Assembly: GCA_049322955.1 (NCBI GenBank) | Contig: JBMOPU010000012.1 | Location: forward strand, 408,150-472,149 | Direction of reading: 5' to 3' | Origin: Patescibacteria group bacterium | Lineage (GTDB): Bacteria > Patescibacteriota > Microgenomatia > UBA10105 > UBA927 | Length of the DNA: 64,000 nucleotides | Shown: piece after piece, positions 9,148 to 18,427 of the stretch | Layout of the letters: every line of letters begins with the position of its first letter | Numbering within the stretch: position 1 is the first letter of the stretch | Made by a program: the position numbers and the translations under genes | The notes under the pieces: model-generated | The model's database searches: none | What the model saw: the letters and a program-made list of their open reading frames with translations, nothing else | What the model was told of the DNA's origin: nothing

Positions 9148-9531
9148 TCAACCGTTTCCTGTGCCTCTATTTTTTGTCCGAGCCGATTGACGTGCCCATT
9201 TGTTCGCTTGCCGCTCTTTCCGTCGGTATGTGCTTGTTGCATTTTCAGTCACCAATCTTTCCAGGGCTATGTCCATGGTGCGGGTAACCTCGTCTCTTTC
9301 CGCAGGATCGATAACTTGTATACCTGTGGCGCTTGGTTGTCTGTCAAAGAGTGCTTTGATTGGTCCAACAATGTTTGCCGCAAATACAAATCGATTGACC
9401 TTTGCGACTTCTTCTTTCGTTGCTTTGGTTTTAGGGCGGCTTAACGCTTGATCAAGTCCTGTTTCTAATCGATCTTTTAATCTATCATTCATAATCCTCC
9501 TTTTATAGGATTCATTCAAGGTAAAAAACAC
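9148..9531 (-). CDS. hypothetical protein inserted between rplA and rplJ
   Basis: 127 aa ORF (probable start MNDRLKD near 9492), basic C-terminus. No family recognised. Confidence 0.4.
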   Translation of the reverse strand: MFFTLNESYKRRIMNDRLKDRLETGLDQALSRPKTKATKEEVAKVNRFVFAANIVGPIKALFDRQPSATGIQVIDPAERDEVTRTMDIALERLVTENATSTYRRKERQANKWARQSARTKNRGTGNG

Positions 9532-9582
9532 CCATGATCCTAAATAGTACGTGTAATGCGGGGAATTAGTTTCAATCCAGGT

Positions 9583-10443
9583 TTAGATTTGTATTTTTAC
9601 CCCTGGTCCCATTGTAGATGATAGGGATACTTTCGCAACTTTTGAGCCGATTGCGGCAAGCACGGCTTTTACGTTGTCGGCGATGTCGGAGTCACTCGAA
9701 CTCACCTTTCCGATGCCCATGTGGATAATGGGATTTCCCGGTTCGGTTTTGATGTTCACCTGTCCGCTGGAAAGTTCTTTAGCGCGCTTTTCCGGATCAG
9801 GGCTTACGGTACCGGTTTTGGGATTCGGCATAAGGCCTCGGGGTCCCAATACACGGGCAACTTTGGCGAGCTTCGGCATCATTTGCGGGTGGGCGACCAA
9901 CACGTCAAAGTTGATTTTACCGGCTTCGATTTCCGCAATGATTTTGTCATCGGCGATCGCCACGCGTACCTCTTTTCCGGTACTGTGGGGAAGGTTCACG
10001 CTGGTGCGGTAATCCTTCTTATCGCCCAACGAAAGTGGATTCAAGTTAACATGGAGTTCCACGGTGCCGTCAAATTTGGTTATACTGGTTTTTTTGACGA
10101 GACTGATCGCATCGTTGAGCGGATAGAGCTTGGTTTTATCAACCATGCCCATGACTTCCTGATACCGCTTGGAACGTACTTTTGCTTTTACGACTTTCTT
10201 TTTTTCGGCTTTCTTCTTGCTTTCCTGGGGAGTTTCGCCGCTTTCCACTTCTTCAATGAGTTTTTTGAATTCCGGTTTGATGTCCGTGCCTTCCATGGCA
10301 ACGGTTCGTTCGCCGCCTTTTAAGCCCACGCCTTCGACCTTGGCCTTTTTACTGGCTTTGGTTTGGCGTCTGGCTTCCGCTTTTCGCTTTGCTTCGTTTT
10401 CTGCCGCCTCGTCGCCGAGGGTGACTGCTCGTATTTTTCCCAT
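9583..10443 (-). CDS. rplA: 50S ribosomal protein L1 (possibly with Lys/Glu-rich N-terminal extension)
   Basis: Core L1 from about KRYQEVMGMVDKTKLY onward, with GPRGLMPNPK and SSTMGPGV motifs. The ORF extends about 70 aa upstream with a K/E-rich tract. An internal GTG/ATG start is possible. Confidence 0.85.
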   Translation of the reverse strand: MGKIRAVTLGDEAAENEAKRKAEARRQTKASKKAKVEGVGLKGGERTVAMEGTDIKPEFKKLIEEVESGETPQESKKKAEKKKVVKAKVRSKRYQEVMGMVDKTKLYPLNDAISLVKKTSITKFDGTVELHVNLNPLSLGDKKDYRTSVNLPHSTGKEVRVAIADDKIIAEIEAGKINFDVLVAHPQMMPKLAKVARVLGPRGLMPNPKTGTVSPDPEKRAKELSSGQVNIKTEPGNPIIHMGIGKVSSSDSDIADNVKAVLAAIGSKVAKVSLSSTMGPGVKIQI

Positions 10444-10446
10444 AGG

Positions 10447-10872
10447 TTACTCCACGTCAATGCCCATGCTTCGTGCGGTTCCCGCAACGACTTTCATGGC
10501 CGCTTCAACATTATCGGTATTTAAATCGGCAAGTTTGTCTTTGGCAATTTGCTCCACTTGTGCCTTGGAAAGTTTGCCTGCCACCTCACGACCGGCTTTG
10601 CCGCCGCCTTTATCCAGGCCCAAGGTTTTTTTAATCATGGCGGCAACGGGAGGGAGTTTGGTGACAAAGGTGAACGTGCGATCGTCAAATACCGTAATGA
10701 CGGCGGGAATCGTTTGTCCGTCAAGTTTTGCCGTGCGCTCATTGTATGCCTTCACGAACTCCATGATGTTGAGTCCGTGTTGTCCGAGCGCCGGTCCCAC
10801 GGGCGGAGCCGCAGTGGCTTTTCCTGCAGGCAAATTCAATTTTAAGAGTGTTTTGACTTTTTTGGCTGGCAT
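10447..10872 (-). CDS. rplK: 50S ribosomal protein L11
   Basis: PPVGPALGQHG and the rest of the L11 consensus. 141 aa. Confidence 0.9.
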   Translation of the reverse strand: MPAKKVKTLLKLNLPAGKATAAPPVGPALGQHGLNIMEFVKAYNERTAKLDGQTIPAVITVFDDRTFTFVTKLPPVAAMIKKTLGLDKGGGKAGREVAGKLSKAQVEQIAKDKLADLNTDNVEAAMKVVAGTARSMGIDVE

Positions 10873-11009
10873 ATAAACGGGGGAAACGGAAACGAAGCAA
10901 AAAGAAGTGACTTTCTGTTCGAAACCGTCCCGGTTTCTCCCTCTACGCGCCTTCCGGCGTTACGAGGTACATTGGAATATAACACATCGCATATCCGTTC
11001 CGCAAGGGA

Positions 11010-11816
11010 TTATTGTCCCGAACAGAATAACTGTGTACACGTTGATTGCATTTGGCTGTTTGCCATGGAACAGCCGCTAGGGCAGGTACGGGTCCCGTTG
11101 TTGAACTGTGCACACATACTCATGCAGGTCGGCCGGTACGCGCTCGGTACGCCGTTACATTTATCCGTACAAGAAAATGTTGCCGCCGTTGTCGGTGCCG
11201 GTGTGCCGGAAGCAGATGGTGTACCGGAAGGCGTCTGATCACCAAAATACTTTTTGCAACTGGAGAGAAGCACGGGAACGGCCTGGCTATTTACCGCTCT
11301 TAGGGCGCCTCCGGAAAATGCGGATTCACAGCTTTTTTCACCTGATTTTACGGTCTTGCATGCGGCGGCACATTGTGACTTCGCTTCACTGGCATTTCTT
11401 CCGACGGCATACTTACAAACCGCACCTTTGTTACTACAGGGATCGGCAACCCATTGATTACATTCCCTCATACAAACGCTCCCCGCACTCCAGTCGCGTT
11501 CTTCGCCGCGTCGGTTCGTGACGGTGCCTGCTCCCCGGACGTTTTCCTTACAAAACTGGTTGCAGGTCATTTCTCCCGACACCACCGCCGGACAGTCTAA
11601 TGCACACGCGGCCTTATCGGTGATGAATGCGGCGTTTCTTCCCGTGGTGTTGCATGCACTGGTGCATTTTGCGACGCCGTCATATGAGGCGCGACTGCGA
11701 ATATCCGTGGACAATGTACCGAACACCGCCGCGGCAATGATGGTCATAAATGCCACGACAAGAGGAATAATAAGTACTAATTTGGATGAACCGCCCTGAT
11801 GAACTCGTGTTTTCAT
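11010..11816 (-). CDS. cysteine-rich secreted/membrane-anchored protein
   Basis: Start MKTRVHQ preceded by an AAGGAG RBS. N-terminal TM/signal, then about 30 Cys in the extracellular part with Pro/Thr/Ser linkers. Confidence 0.5.
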   Translation of the reverse strand: MKTRVHQGGSSKLVLIIPLVVAFMTIIAAAVFGTLSTDIRSRASYDGVAKCTSACNTTGRNAAFITDKAACALDCPAVVSGEMTCNQFCKENVRGAGTVTNRRGEERDWSAGSVCMRECNQWVADPCSNKGAVCKYAVGRNASEAKSQCAAACKTVKSGEKSCESAFSGGALRAVNSQAVPVLLSSCKKYFGDQTPSGTPSASGTPAPTTAATFSCTDKCNGVPSAYRPTCMSMCAQFNNGTRTCPSGCSMANSQMQSTCTQLFCSGQ

Positions 11817-11924
11817 AAAAACTCCTTCATTAATAAAAAGCATGCTATCTTTCATGGGAGATGTCAAGAGCATCGGGTAACTCCCACTTGATTTGATCGG
11901 GTAAATTCGCAATGATAATGAAAG

Positions 11925-13067
11925 ATGGCAAAGTCAAAAAAGAAATCATCCAAAGTTTCCGTATCAAAATCCGTCCGTCGGACGTGGGTATGGCGGCTTG
12001 TTGATCCTAAGACGGCGCTTTTTTTGGTACTGTTAATTATCGGCATCGTCGTAACGGTACTTGCTTCGATTCAATCTACCCGTCCTATTAACTTTGCCGC
12101 GTGTAACGACTCGGGCTGTGCCAACGTCAAAAACGGCAGTTACTGGATGATTACCAACTGTACCAACACGGATGATCCTGACGGGGATCAACAGCTTTGT
12201 AATGTGAAAGGGAGGATCGGACAGTGCGGCGGCAAGGATTACTGCTGTCCTTCGTCGGGTGGTCAGTGGACTACGAATATGAGTGCGTGTGCGACGCCGA
12301 CTCCCACGCGAACACCGACACAGCGGCCCACCAGTACGCCCACGCGAACACCGACTCCGACGCGGACGCCAACGCCGACGCCTACAACGACGCCGCGCCC
12401 GACCAGTACCCCACGACCGACGGCGACGCCGAGAGCAACCAGTACATTGCGCCCGACCAGTACCATTCGTCCGAGTGTGTCGCCGACCCCCACCAAAGCG
12501 CCGACCGTTGCGGAAGCATGCGGAAAAAGCTGTGTTACCGATGCCGACTGCCAGCTTGGCTTTGTCTGTACGACTGTATTTGCCACCATTCGTGCATGCC
12601 GCAACCGTCAATGCGACCAGGATCAGGGATGTCTGTGCGACGGTACCAGCGGCTCATTTTTCTTTGCAACACCTACCCCTGGACCGGGTTCGGTGGCCAT
12701 TCGAAGCCTGCCGCTTACTGTAGGAAGCTTTGCGGATAGCAAAGGACAATCGGGTGCACAACCGACCATCACGGGTATTTCGGAACCGGATGCAAAGATC
12801 ACGATTACCGTATATCCTGACGGTATCGGCGGTGAAGTCTATGCCGATAAAAACGGCAAATGGTCCTATAAATTCACCAAGAAATTGACGCCGGGCTCAA
12901 AGAGTATCTTGGTCGTCGCCACCAAGCCCGACGGGCAGGCACAGGTGAGCAAAACATTTACCGTTGTTGGCGGGGGAGGCGGCAATCCCTTCGGGCTTAT
13001 TCTGCTCGTCATGATCCTGGCGGCAGTAGGCTTCGGTGTCTACGTGTACGTCAAGTCAAACCAGTAA
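11925..13067 (+). CDS. cell-surface protein with Pro/Thr-rich linker, Cys-rich modules and C-terminal TM anchor
   Basis: N-terminal TM, (TPTRTPTP)n linker, two Cys-rich blocks, Ig-like beta region, GGGGG plus hydrophobic C-terminal helix. Confidence 0.55.
   Translation: MAKSKKKSSKVSVSKSVRRTWVWRLVDPKTALFLVLLIIGIVVTVLASIQSTRPINFAACNDSGCANVKNGSYWMITNCTNTDDPDGDQQLCNVKGRIGQCGGKDYCCPSSGGQWTTNMSACATPTPTRTPTQRPTSTPTRTPTPTRTPTPTPTTTPRPTSTPRPTATPRATSTLRPTSTIRPSVSPTPTKAPTVAEACGKSCVTDADCQLGFVCTTVFATIRACRNRQCDQDQGCLCDGTSGSFFFATPTPGPGSVAIRSLPLTVGSFADSKGQSGAQPTITGISEPDAKITITVYPDGIGGEVYADKNGKWSYKFTKKLTPGSKSILVVATKPDGQAQVSKTFTVVGGGGGNPFGLILLVMILAAVGFGVYVYVKSNQ
12290..12480 (+). repeat. tandem ACN-CCN (Thr-Pro) coding repeat
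   Basis: Repeated acgccgac/gcgaacaccgac units that encode the PT linker. Confidence 0.5.
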
Positions 13068-13103
13068 GTGCTTCCTTGCCGTGATCCTGTATAATTCCAG
13101 CGT

Positions 13104-13325
13104 ATGACCCGTCGCGGCGTCCAACCTCTTGATCCTGCACTTGACCGTGCGATTGCATCGTTACCCCAGGAAACACAAAAGCGGCTCAATATACTGCGGC
13201 TTCGCCTGCTTCTTGCCCCCGGTGTAAAAAAATGGTTGGGAAAAGATCCCGAACCTCTCACCGAGGATGAACAAAAGGCACTTCAGGAACTTTCTACAGT
13301 ACTCCGGGGCAAAGAAAACGGTTAA
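13104..13325 (+). CDS. hypothetical small protein
   Basis: 73 aa ORF in the gap between the surface-protein gene and the MFS gene. Confidence 0.3.
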   Translation: MTRRGVQPLDPALDRAIASLPQETQKRLNILRLRLLLAPGVKKWLGKDPEPLTEDEQKALQELSTVLRGKENG

Positions 13326-14560
13326 CGTCGGTGTTCTCTTTGTATCATGGCAACTCCGATAAGTGCGATGACTCCGCTTACACCCGTCGTTACCCTCATG
13401 GCGAGCGTTTGATCAATTGTGGCAAGCATAAAAAATATTCCGTACATCCCGACACGCCCGATATTGATAAACCATTCCCGATCGATGATCACGTCATAGT
13501 GCGAGACCTTTGACCGCTTCACCTCCTCATCCATGAGATCCATGATTTTCGGTTCGTTAGCGGTCCAAATCAAATTATCCGTAAGATTGGCGACAATGAC
13601 ATACCAGAGAACGGAAAACGCGCTGATACCGAATAAGAGCGGGGTTCCCGACACGATAAAACTCCACAATAGTCCGATGAATACGGGATAAAATGCCCGT
13701 TGCCGGTATTTTCTGCCGAATATATAGGTGATCAGTGCGGTTACCCCGGCCATACCGCTACTTATCGATCCCAATACACCCTCGTTTCCCAATGCGGTGA
13801 GGATAAGGACGGAAGGGAGAACGTACAGCGGAACATCGGCACACCCCAGTGCAACAGATAAAAATCGCGCCTGTTTCCAGGATGAGGAAAACGGTTTCCT
13901 GTTGTTGCGGCTGAGTAATTCCGGTGTGTGAACGCTTATGCCACGCACGACCGCTCCCGCGATAAGAAGGAGGATGAATGCGGCGGCCACTAACACCTGG
14001 TACGCCGCCTGTACCGAAGGAACAATCGCCTGATGCGTCATGAGGACGATAAGCCAGCCTGCAATAAACGGAACAACGATCCCCGAAACGGTGGAAAGGG
14101 TAAATTGCAGTCCCGTAAAGTAGCTTCTGGTTTCCGGTGTGGTATGTCGAAGCGTAAGAAAGTTCCTGTTGGCCCAGTAGATGCCGTTTGCCAGCCCGTA
14201 AAGGATTCCATACCCCAGGAACGCCCAGGGAGTGTGCACTTCATAAAAGACCACCATCAGTGAGCTCATGCCCGTCATCACGACGCTTGCGGCATACAAT
14301 TTTTTGAGAGAGATGCGGGAAAGCAACCACTTATTGGCGATAAATACCGGAGGAAGTACGACAAAGTTACCGATGTAATACAGAATGAGAAGGAGGATAT
14401 TTTTCTCCGTTTGCCATATGTAGGCACTGGTAAAAAGCGAGAGAAGGGGGTAAGCGGCACTTCGTAAAAAGTAGGAGATAGCCAGTCGTTTTGCCGTTTC
14501 CGGCATCATCACAAAATGATCTGACTCGCGGCGAAAACGGGCAAGGATCGCCGACAGCAT
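13322..14560 (-). CDS. MFS-type transporter
   Basis: About 12 predicted TM helices in a 6+6 arrangement with a central loop. 412 aa. Confidence 0.5.
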   Translation of the reverse strand: MLSAILARFRRESDHFVMMPETAKRLAISYFLRSAAYPLLSLFTSAYIWQTEKNILLLILYYIGNFVVLPPVFIANKWLLSRISLKKLYAASVVMTGMSSLMVVFYEVHTPWAFLGYGILYGLANGIYWANRNFLTLRHTTPETRSYFTGLQFTLSTVSGIVVPFIAGWLIVLMTHQAIVPSVQAAYQVLVAAAFILLLIAGAVVRGISVHTPELLSRNNRKPFSSSWKQARFLSVALGCADVPLYVLPSVLILTALGNEGVLGSISSGMAGVTALITYIFGRKYRQRAFYPVFIGLLWSFIVSGTPLLFGISAFSVLWYVIVANLTDNLIWTANEPKIMDLMDEEVKRSKVSHYDVIIDREWFINIGRVGMYGIFFMLATIDQTLAMRVTTGVSGVIALIGVAMIQREHRR

Positions 14561-14565
14561 AGGCG

Positions 14566-15186
14566 TTACAGTTTGGCGATTTGGAGGAAGTCGAGTTCCA
14601 CAGGGGTTTCGCGACCGAAGATAGAAACCAAAACTTTGACTTTGCCTTTTTCTTCGTCGATGGATTCGATGGTTCCCAAAAAGTCCGCAAACGGTCCGTC
14701 CACGATTTTGACCGCTTCGGATACGGAGAAGCTTGCCTTGTATTTGGGAGCTTCCATCGCCATGAATTTGCGGATCGCATCAACCTCACGGTCAGAAATA
14801 GGAGTCGGTTTGTTTCCGGCGCCCACGAATGCGGTAACTCCCTGTGTTGTGCGGACGGCGAGCCAGCTGTCGTCATCAAGAATCATTTTGACGAGAATAT
14901 ACCCCGGGAAAATCTTTTCTTTGATTTCTTCCTTCTTTCCGTGGCTTACTTTCACGACATTTCTCGTGGGAACGACGATATCAAAGATTTTATGAGTAAG
15001 CTTTTGGGTTTCGATGCGTTGTTTTAAGTTAGCCGCCACTTTGTTTTCATGGCCTGAATAGGTGTGGACGACATACCATCTGCCGCTTTCCGAGAGATTG
15101 ACCGCAGGAGTTTCCTCAACGGGAGGCATGGTTGCCGTAACTTCTTCGGTTTTTACTGCTTCTTTCGGTTCCTGTTGTGTATCCAT
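14566..15186 (-). CDS. nusG: transcription termination/antitermination factor NusG
   Basis: NGN domain (WYVVHTYSGHENKV) and KOW motif (KIVDGPFADFLGTIESID). N-terminal acidic extension. Confidence 0.85.
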   Translation of the reverse strand: MDTQQEPKEAVKTEEVTATMPPVEETPAVNLSESGRWYVVHTYSGHENKVAANLKQRIETQKLTHKIFDIVVPTRNVVKVSHGKKEEIKEKIFPGYILVKMILDDDSWLAVRTTQGVTAFVGAGNKPTPISDREVDAIRKFMAMEAPKYKASFSVSEAVKIVDGPFADFLGTIESIDEEKGKVKVLVSIFGRETPVELDFLQIAKL

Positions 15187-15191
15187 AAGTA

Positions 15192-15413
15192 TTATTTAAA
15201 CAACATCGTCGTTATATTGACAAATAAAATATCCAATCCGCCGATAAAAAGTCCGACGGCAAGCGATATAAAGATTACCGCCGCGGTCAGTTTAACGGTC
15301 TCATCCCGAGTAGGCCAGGTGACTTTCCTCAGTTCACTTGCCACTTCCGAAAAAAATTTCGTCGGTGCGACATTCGGCAAGGCAGGTGCTGTCGGTTTTT
15401 GCATAGTGTTCAC
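15192..15413 (-). CDS. secE: preprotein translocase subunit SecE
   Basis: 73 aa, ELRKVTWPTRDET plus a single TM helix, immediately upstream of nusG. Confidence 0.75.
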   Translation of the reverse strand: MNTMQKPTAPALPNVAPTKFFSEVASELRKVTWPTRDETVKLTAAVIFISLAVGLFIGGLDILFVNITTMLFK

Positions 15414-15482
15414 CTAACAAAAGCCCCCTCCCCGGGGACAAGGGATACTATACCAAAAAAACAGGCGTCTTGTAAAGAGCCA

Positions 15483-17435
15483 CTACTGGCATGAAAACGC
15501 TTTGTACGGTGCAAGTACCTTGTTATCCGCGTAGCCGGGGTCCGGGCTATTTGCTCCGAACTCGGGTGGCGGCGGCATGGTGCCGTCCGGACAAAACGGC
15601 AGACTACCTACCCACAGCCCTACATGACTTTGGACGATCTTGTCGTCGCTCCATGAAGACGGAGAACAGGTGCCCGCGGATGCCGACGTCATCGGTCTGT
15701 TATAGCAGGTGGCGGGCGTCCTTGGATACAGCCCCCACATACTGAGTGCTTTGCCGAGTGCGGCGACGCTGTCCAACAGGTTGCACGGGTTGATCGTTTC
15801 CTGCGTCCTGCTCGGATCAATTTTCTGGACGGCGTTCCACACGTCACTGCCGCCGCCTGTTCCCCAGAACCAATAGGGAATCATACCCGTTCCGACGATT
15901 GCCTTACTGCATTGTTCGGAATTGGCGCCACCTACATGACAATTTGCGAATGCATTATCCTCAAGCGGGCAATTCGGCATGGTTTGACCGCAGGTGCTCC
16001 ATTTGATGACGTTTTCATCGGTCCAGGCATCCGCGCCGGTAAACGGTCCCGATTGGTAAAGGGTCGGATCCAGTTGCGTTGATACAAACGCTCCCTCGTG
16101 ATACATGGCCGCAAGGATTGAAGCGGGGGGTACGCCGAATGCCTGTCCGACTTGTTCCACCATATTAATGAGGTTTTGCGGCAGTTTATTTCCGGGGACC
16201 GTTCCCGATTCCGCCCAACCGGACATATTGGGACTGCATTGGTTACACGATGATGAACCGGTAAATTTCGGCGGTTCGCCGCCGCAGGCGAGTACGATCG
16301 GACTGCACTCCGGACGAATTAACAGTTTTCCTCCGATCGCCGCGGTGTCCTGGAGATTTCCCATAGACGTATTTGACGTGTCCGGCACCGAATAGCACGC
16401 CGCCTGTTTTTGTCGGACCTCCGATTGGTTTCTGATATCGTAACTTGCCAGGAACGGGCGCTGTTTAAAACCCAGAACACTGATCTCGTAGGGTTGTTTC
16501 GATGCGTCTTCGAGCGGTTTTTTGTCCTCTTCCCTGAGGGTGAAGGCGGTGTAGCCGCCGCTTTCCGGTGAATTGCCGCTAAATTCACCCGCCTCGTTTC
16601 CGGGACAGCCGCCGTCATGACATCCGACGTGATACCAGGGAAACATTTTTTTCTCGGTAAGGATAACGTCGTCTTTATGAGGTTCTTTCTCGTATTCCTG
16701 ACGTTCGACCCATTCGCCGATGGCCTCTACGAATTCGCGGACGATTGTCATGATCGTAGTGGTCTCAAACCCGTAAACCGCCGTGCCGGCACCGAATTGC
16801 GCAAACTGGGTGACGTCAACTTCCACCGGATCCCGTTCGAATCCCAAATCATGTCTTTTGCAGTCTTCGGCAGGATTCATGCCGCCTATCGTCTTAGAAG
16901 GAAGGTTAAAATCCACTATACCGCTATCGTTCGGATCAACCGGGCTAATTCCCAGCCATCCGTCTGCCTCCCGTGCTTTTTGGAAATCAAGTGGCGCGAA
17001 AGGAATGTCCGGTGTTTTTTGGAACGTCGTGGATATGTAACAGTCAGTCGGTTCCGGGTGATTGGAGTGTTCCGCATCGGTTTTGAGGATGGCGCCGTAA
17101 TACGAAGTGTAATAAATGGGGTTTGCTCCCGCATCCCAATCGATATGTTTTCCGTCGTCCTTATAATTTTGCGGCGTTAGATATTCGCTAAATGCGGCTT
17201 TCCAAGTGGCGGTGGGCTGATGATCAGGGCCCGCAAGTTCACCGTCCTGCGTGAAAAACGGAATAACGAGACCGCTGATGTCGAAACCGAATTTTTGTCC
17301 CGTTTTAATAATCACCGAGCCGAATTTGTTGAGACGCACGGTAGTGTATGCGCGGTCATCGGATGCCAATGCAGGGGTAAGCGGGGCACAGATAATTGCA
17401 CCGGCAAGTATCGCTATGGTAAGAAAGCGTTTCAT
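15483..17435 (-). CDS. large secreted hypothetical protein
   Basis: Signal peptide (ILAGAIICAPLTPALA). 650 aa, many Cys pairs, Gly/Pro-rich. Confidence 0.5.
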   Translation of the reverse strand: MKRFLTIAILAGAIICAPLTPALASDDRAYTTVRLNKFGSVIIKTGQKFGFDISGLVIPFFTQDGELAGPDHQPTATWKAAFSEYLTPQNYKDDGKHIDWDAGANPIYYTSYYGAILKTDAEHSNHPEPTDCYISTTFQKTPDIPFAPLDFQKAREADGWLGISPVDPNDSGIVDFNLPSKTIGGMNPAEDCKRHDLGFERDPVEVDVTQFAQFGAGTAVYGFETTTIMTIVREFVEAIGEWVERQEYEKEPHKDDVILTEKKMFPWYHVGCHDGGCPGNEAGEFSGNSPESGGYTAFTLREEDKKPLEDASKQPYEISVLGFKQRPFLASYDIRNQSEVRQKQAACYSVPDTSNTSMGNLQDTAAIGGKLLIRPECSPIVLACGGEPPKFTGSSSCNQCSPNMSGWAESGTVPGNKLPQNLINMVEQVGQAFGVPPASILAAMYHEGAFVSTQLDPTLYQSGPFTGADAWTDENVIKWSTCGQTMPNCPLEDNAFANCHVGGANSEQCSKAIVGTGMIPYWFWGTGGGSDVWNAVQKIDPSRTQETINPCNLLDSVAALGKALSMWGLYPRTPATCYNRPMTSASAGTCSPSSWSDDKIVQSHVGLWVGSLPFCPDGTMPPPPEFGANSPDPGYADNKVLAPYKAFSCQ

Positions 17436-17535
17436 CCGTATGAATATCTTACCAAATTGACAAATCCGATAAAAGCGGAATACAATTGAGAAAGCTTAGC
17501 GGAACTTGATCTTTCTTCTAAGCTCCTTTTTTTCT

Positions 17536-18417
17536 ATGGCGTCAAAGCCTACCAAAATTCGCAAAGCAGTCATCCCCGCCGCAGGGTTCGGGACCCGGTT
17601 TCTTCCGCAGACCAAAGCAATGCCGAAGGAGATGCTCCCCATCGTCGATAAACCCGTCATCCAATACGTTGTCGAGGAACTGGTGGCAAGCGGGATAACG
17701 GACATCGTGATCGTCACCGGTTGGCACAAACGATCGATTGAAGATCATTTTGATTATCCCAACGAGTTGTTGCAAACGCTTAAAGAGCAGGGGAAAGAAG
17801 AACTTGCCGCCGAAGTGAAGCGAACGGCTGAACTTGCAAACTTTATCTATATCCGACAAAAAGGCCCGTACGGAAACGGTACGCCCGTTTTGTGTGCAAA
17901 GAATGTGATCGGCGATGAACCGTTTGTCGCCATCTGGGGAGACGAATTCATCTACAGCAAACCGCCCCGGGCACGCCAATGCATCGATGTGTTTGAAAAA
18001 TACGGTGACCCCGTCATTTCCGCCATTCAGGTGGCGAAGGATGATGTGTCCCGGTACGGCATCGTGGAAGCGACCAAGGTAGAAGATAGCGTCTATCAGA
18101 TCAAAAAACTGATCGAAAAACCCAAAAAAGAAGAAGCGCCGAGTAATCTTGCCGCTCACGGCTGTTACGTATTGACCCCGGATATTTTTCCGATTCTTGA
18201 AAACCTGAGTCCCGGCAAAAGCGGGGAGATATGGCTCACCGACGCTATCCGTGAGCTTATGAAGTCGCGTCCCGTCTATGCGTGCGAGGTACAGGGAGGC
18301 CGGTATTATGACACTGGCAACAAGCTCGAGTATCTTAAAACCGTGGTGGAATTTGCGCTGGCGCACAAAGACTTGAACGGGGAGTTTCGCGATTACCTCA
18401 AATCCTTGAAGTTGTAA
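17536..18417 (+). CDS. galU: UTP--glucose-1-phosphate uridylyltransferase
   Basis: AVIPAAGFGTRFLPQTKAMPKEMLPIVDKP N-terminal signature and VLTPDIF...L.D. motifs. Confidence 0.8.
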   Translation: MASKPTKIRKAVIPAAGFGTRFLPQTKAMPKEMLPIVDKPVIQYVVEELVASGITDIVIVTGWHKRSIEDHFDYPNELLQTLKEQGKEELAAEVKRTAELANFIYIRQKGPYGNGTPVLCAKNVIGDEPFVAIWGDEFIYSKPPRARQCIDVFEKYGDPVISAIQVAKDDVSRYGIVEATKVEDSVYQIKKLIEKPKKEEAPSNLAAHGCYVLTPDIFPILENLSPGKSGEIWLTDAIRELMKSRPVYACEVQGGRYYDTGNKLEYLKTVVEFALAHKDLNGEFRDYLKSLKL

Positions 18418-18427
18418 ATTACCGCTC

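Noticed and set aside
9721-10876. Plus-strand ORFs of 200 and 235 aa
   Set aside because: They are antisense to rplA and rplK, whose identity is unambiguous.
12033-12739. Arg-rich minus and plus ORFs over the PT-repeat region
   Set aside because: They are alternative frames of the ACN-CCN tandem repeat. The poly-Arg/poly-Val translations are artefacts.
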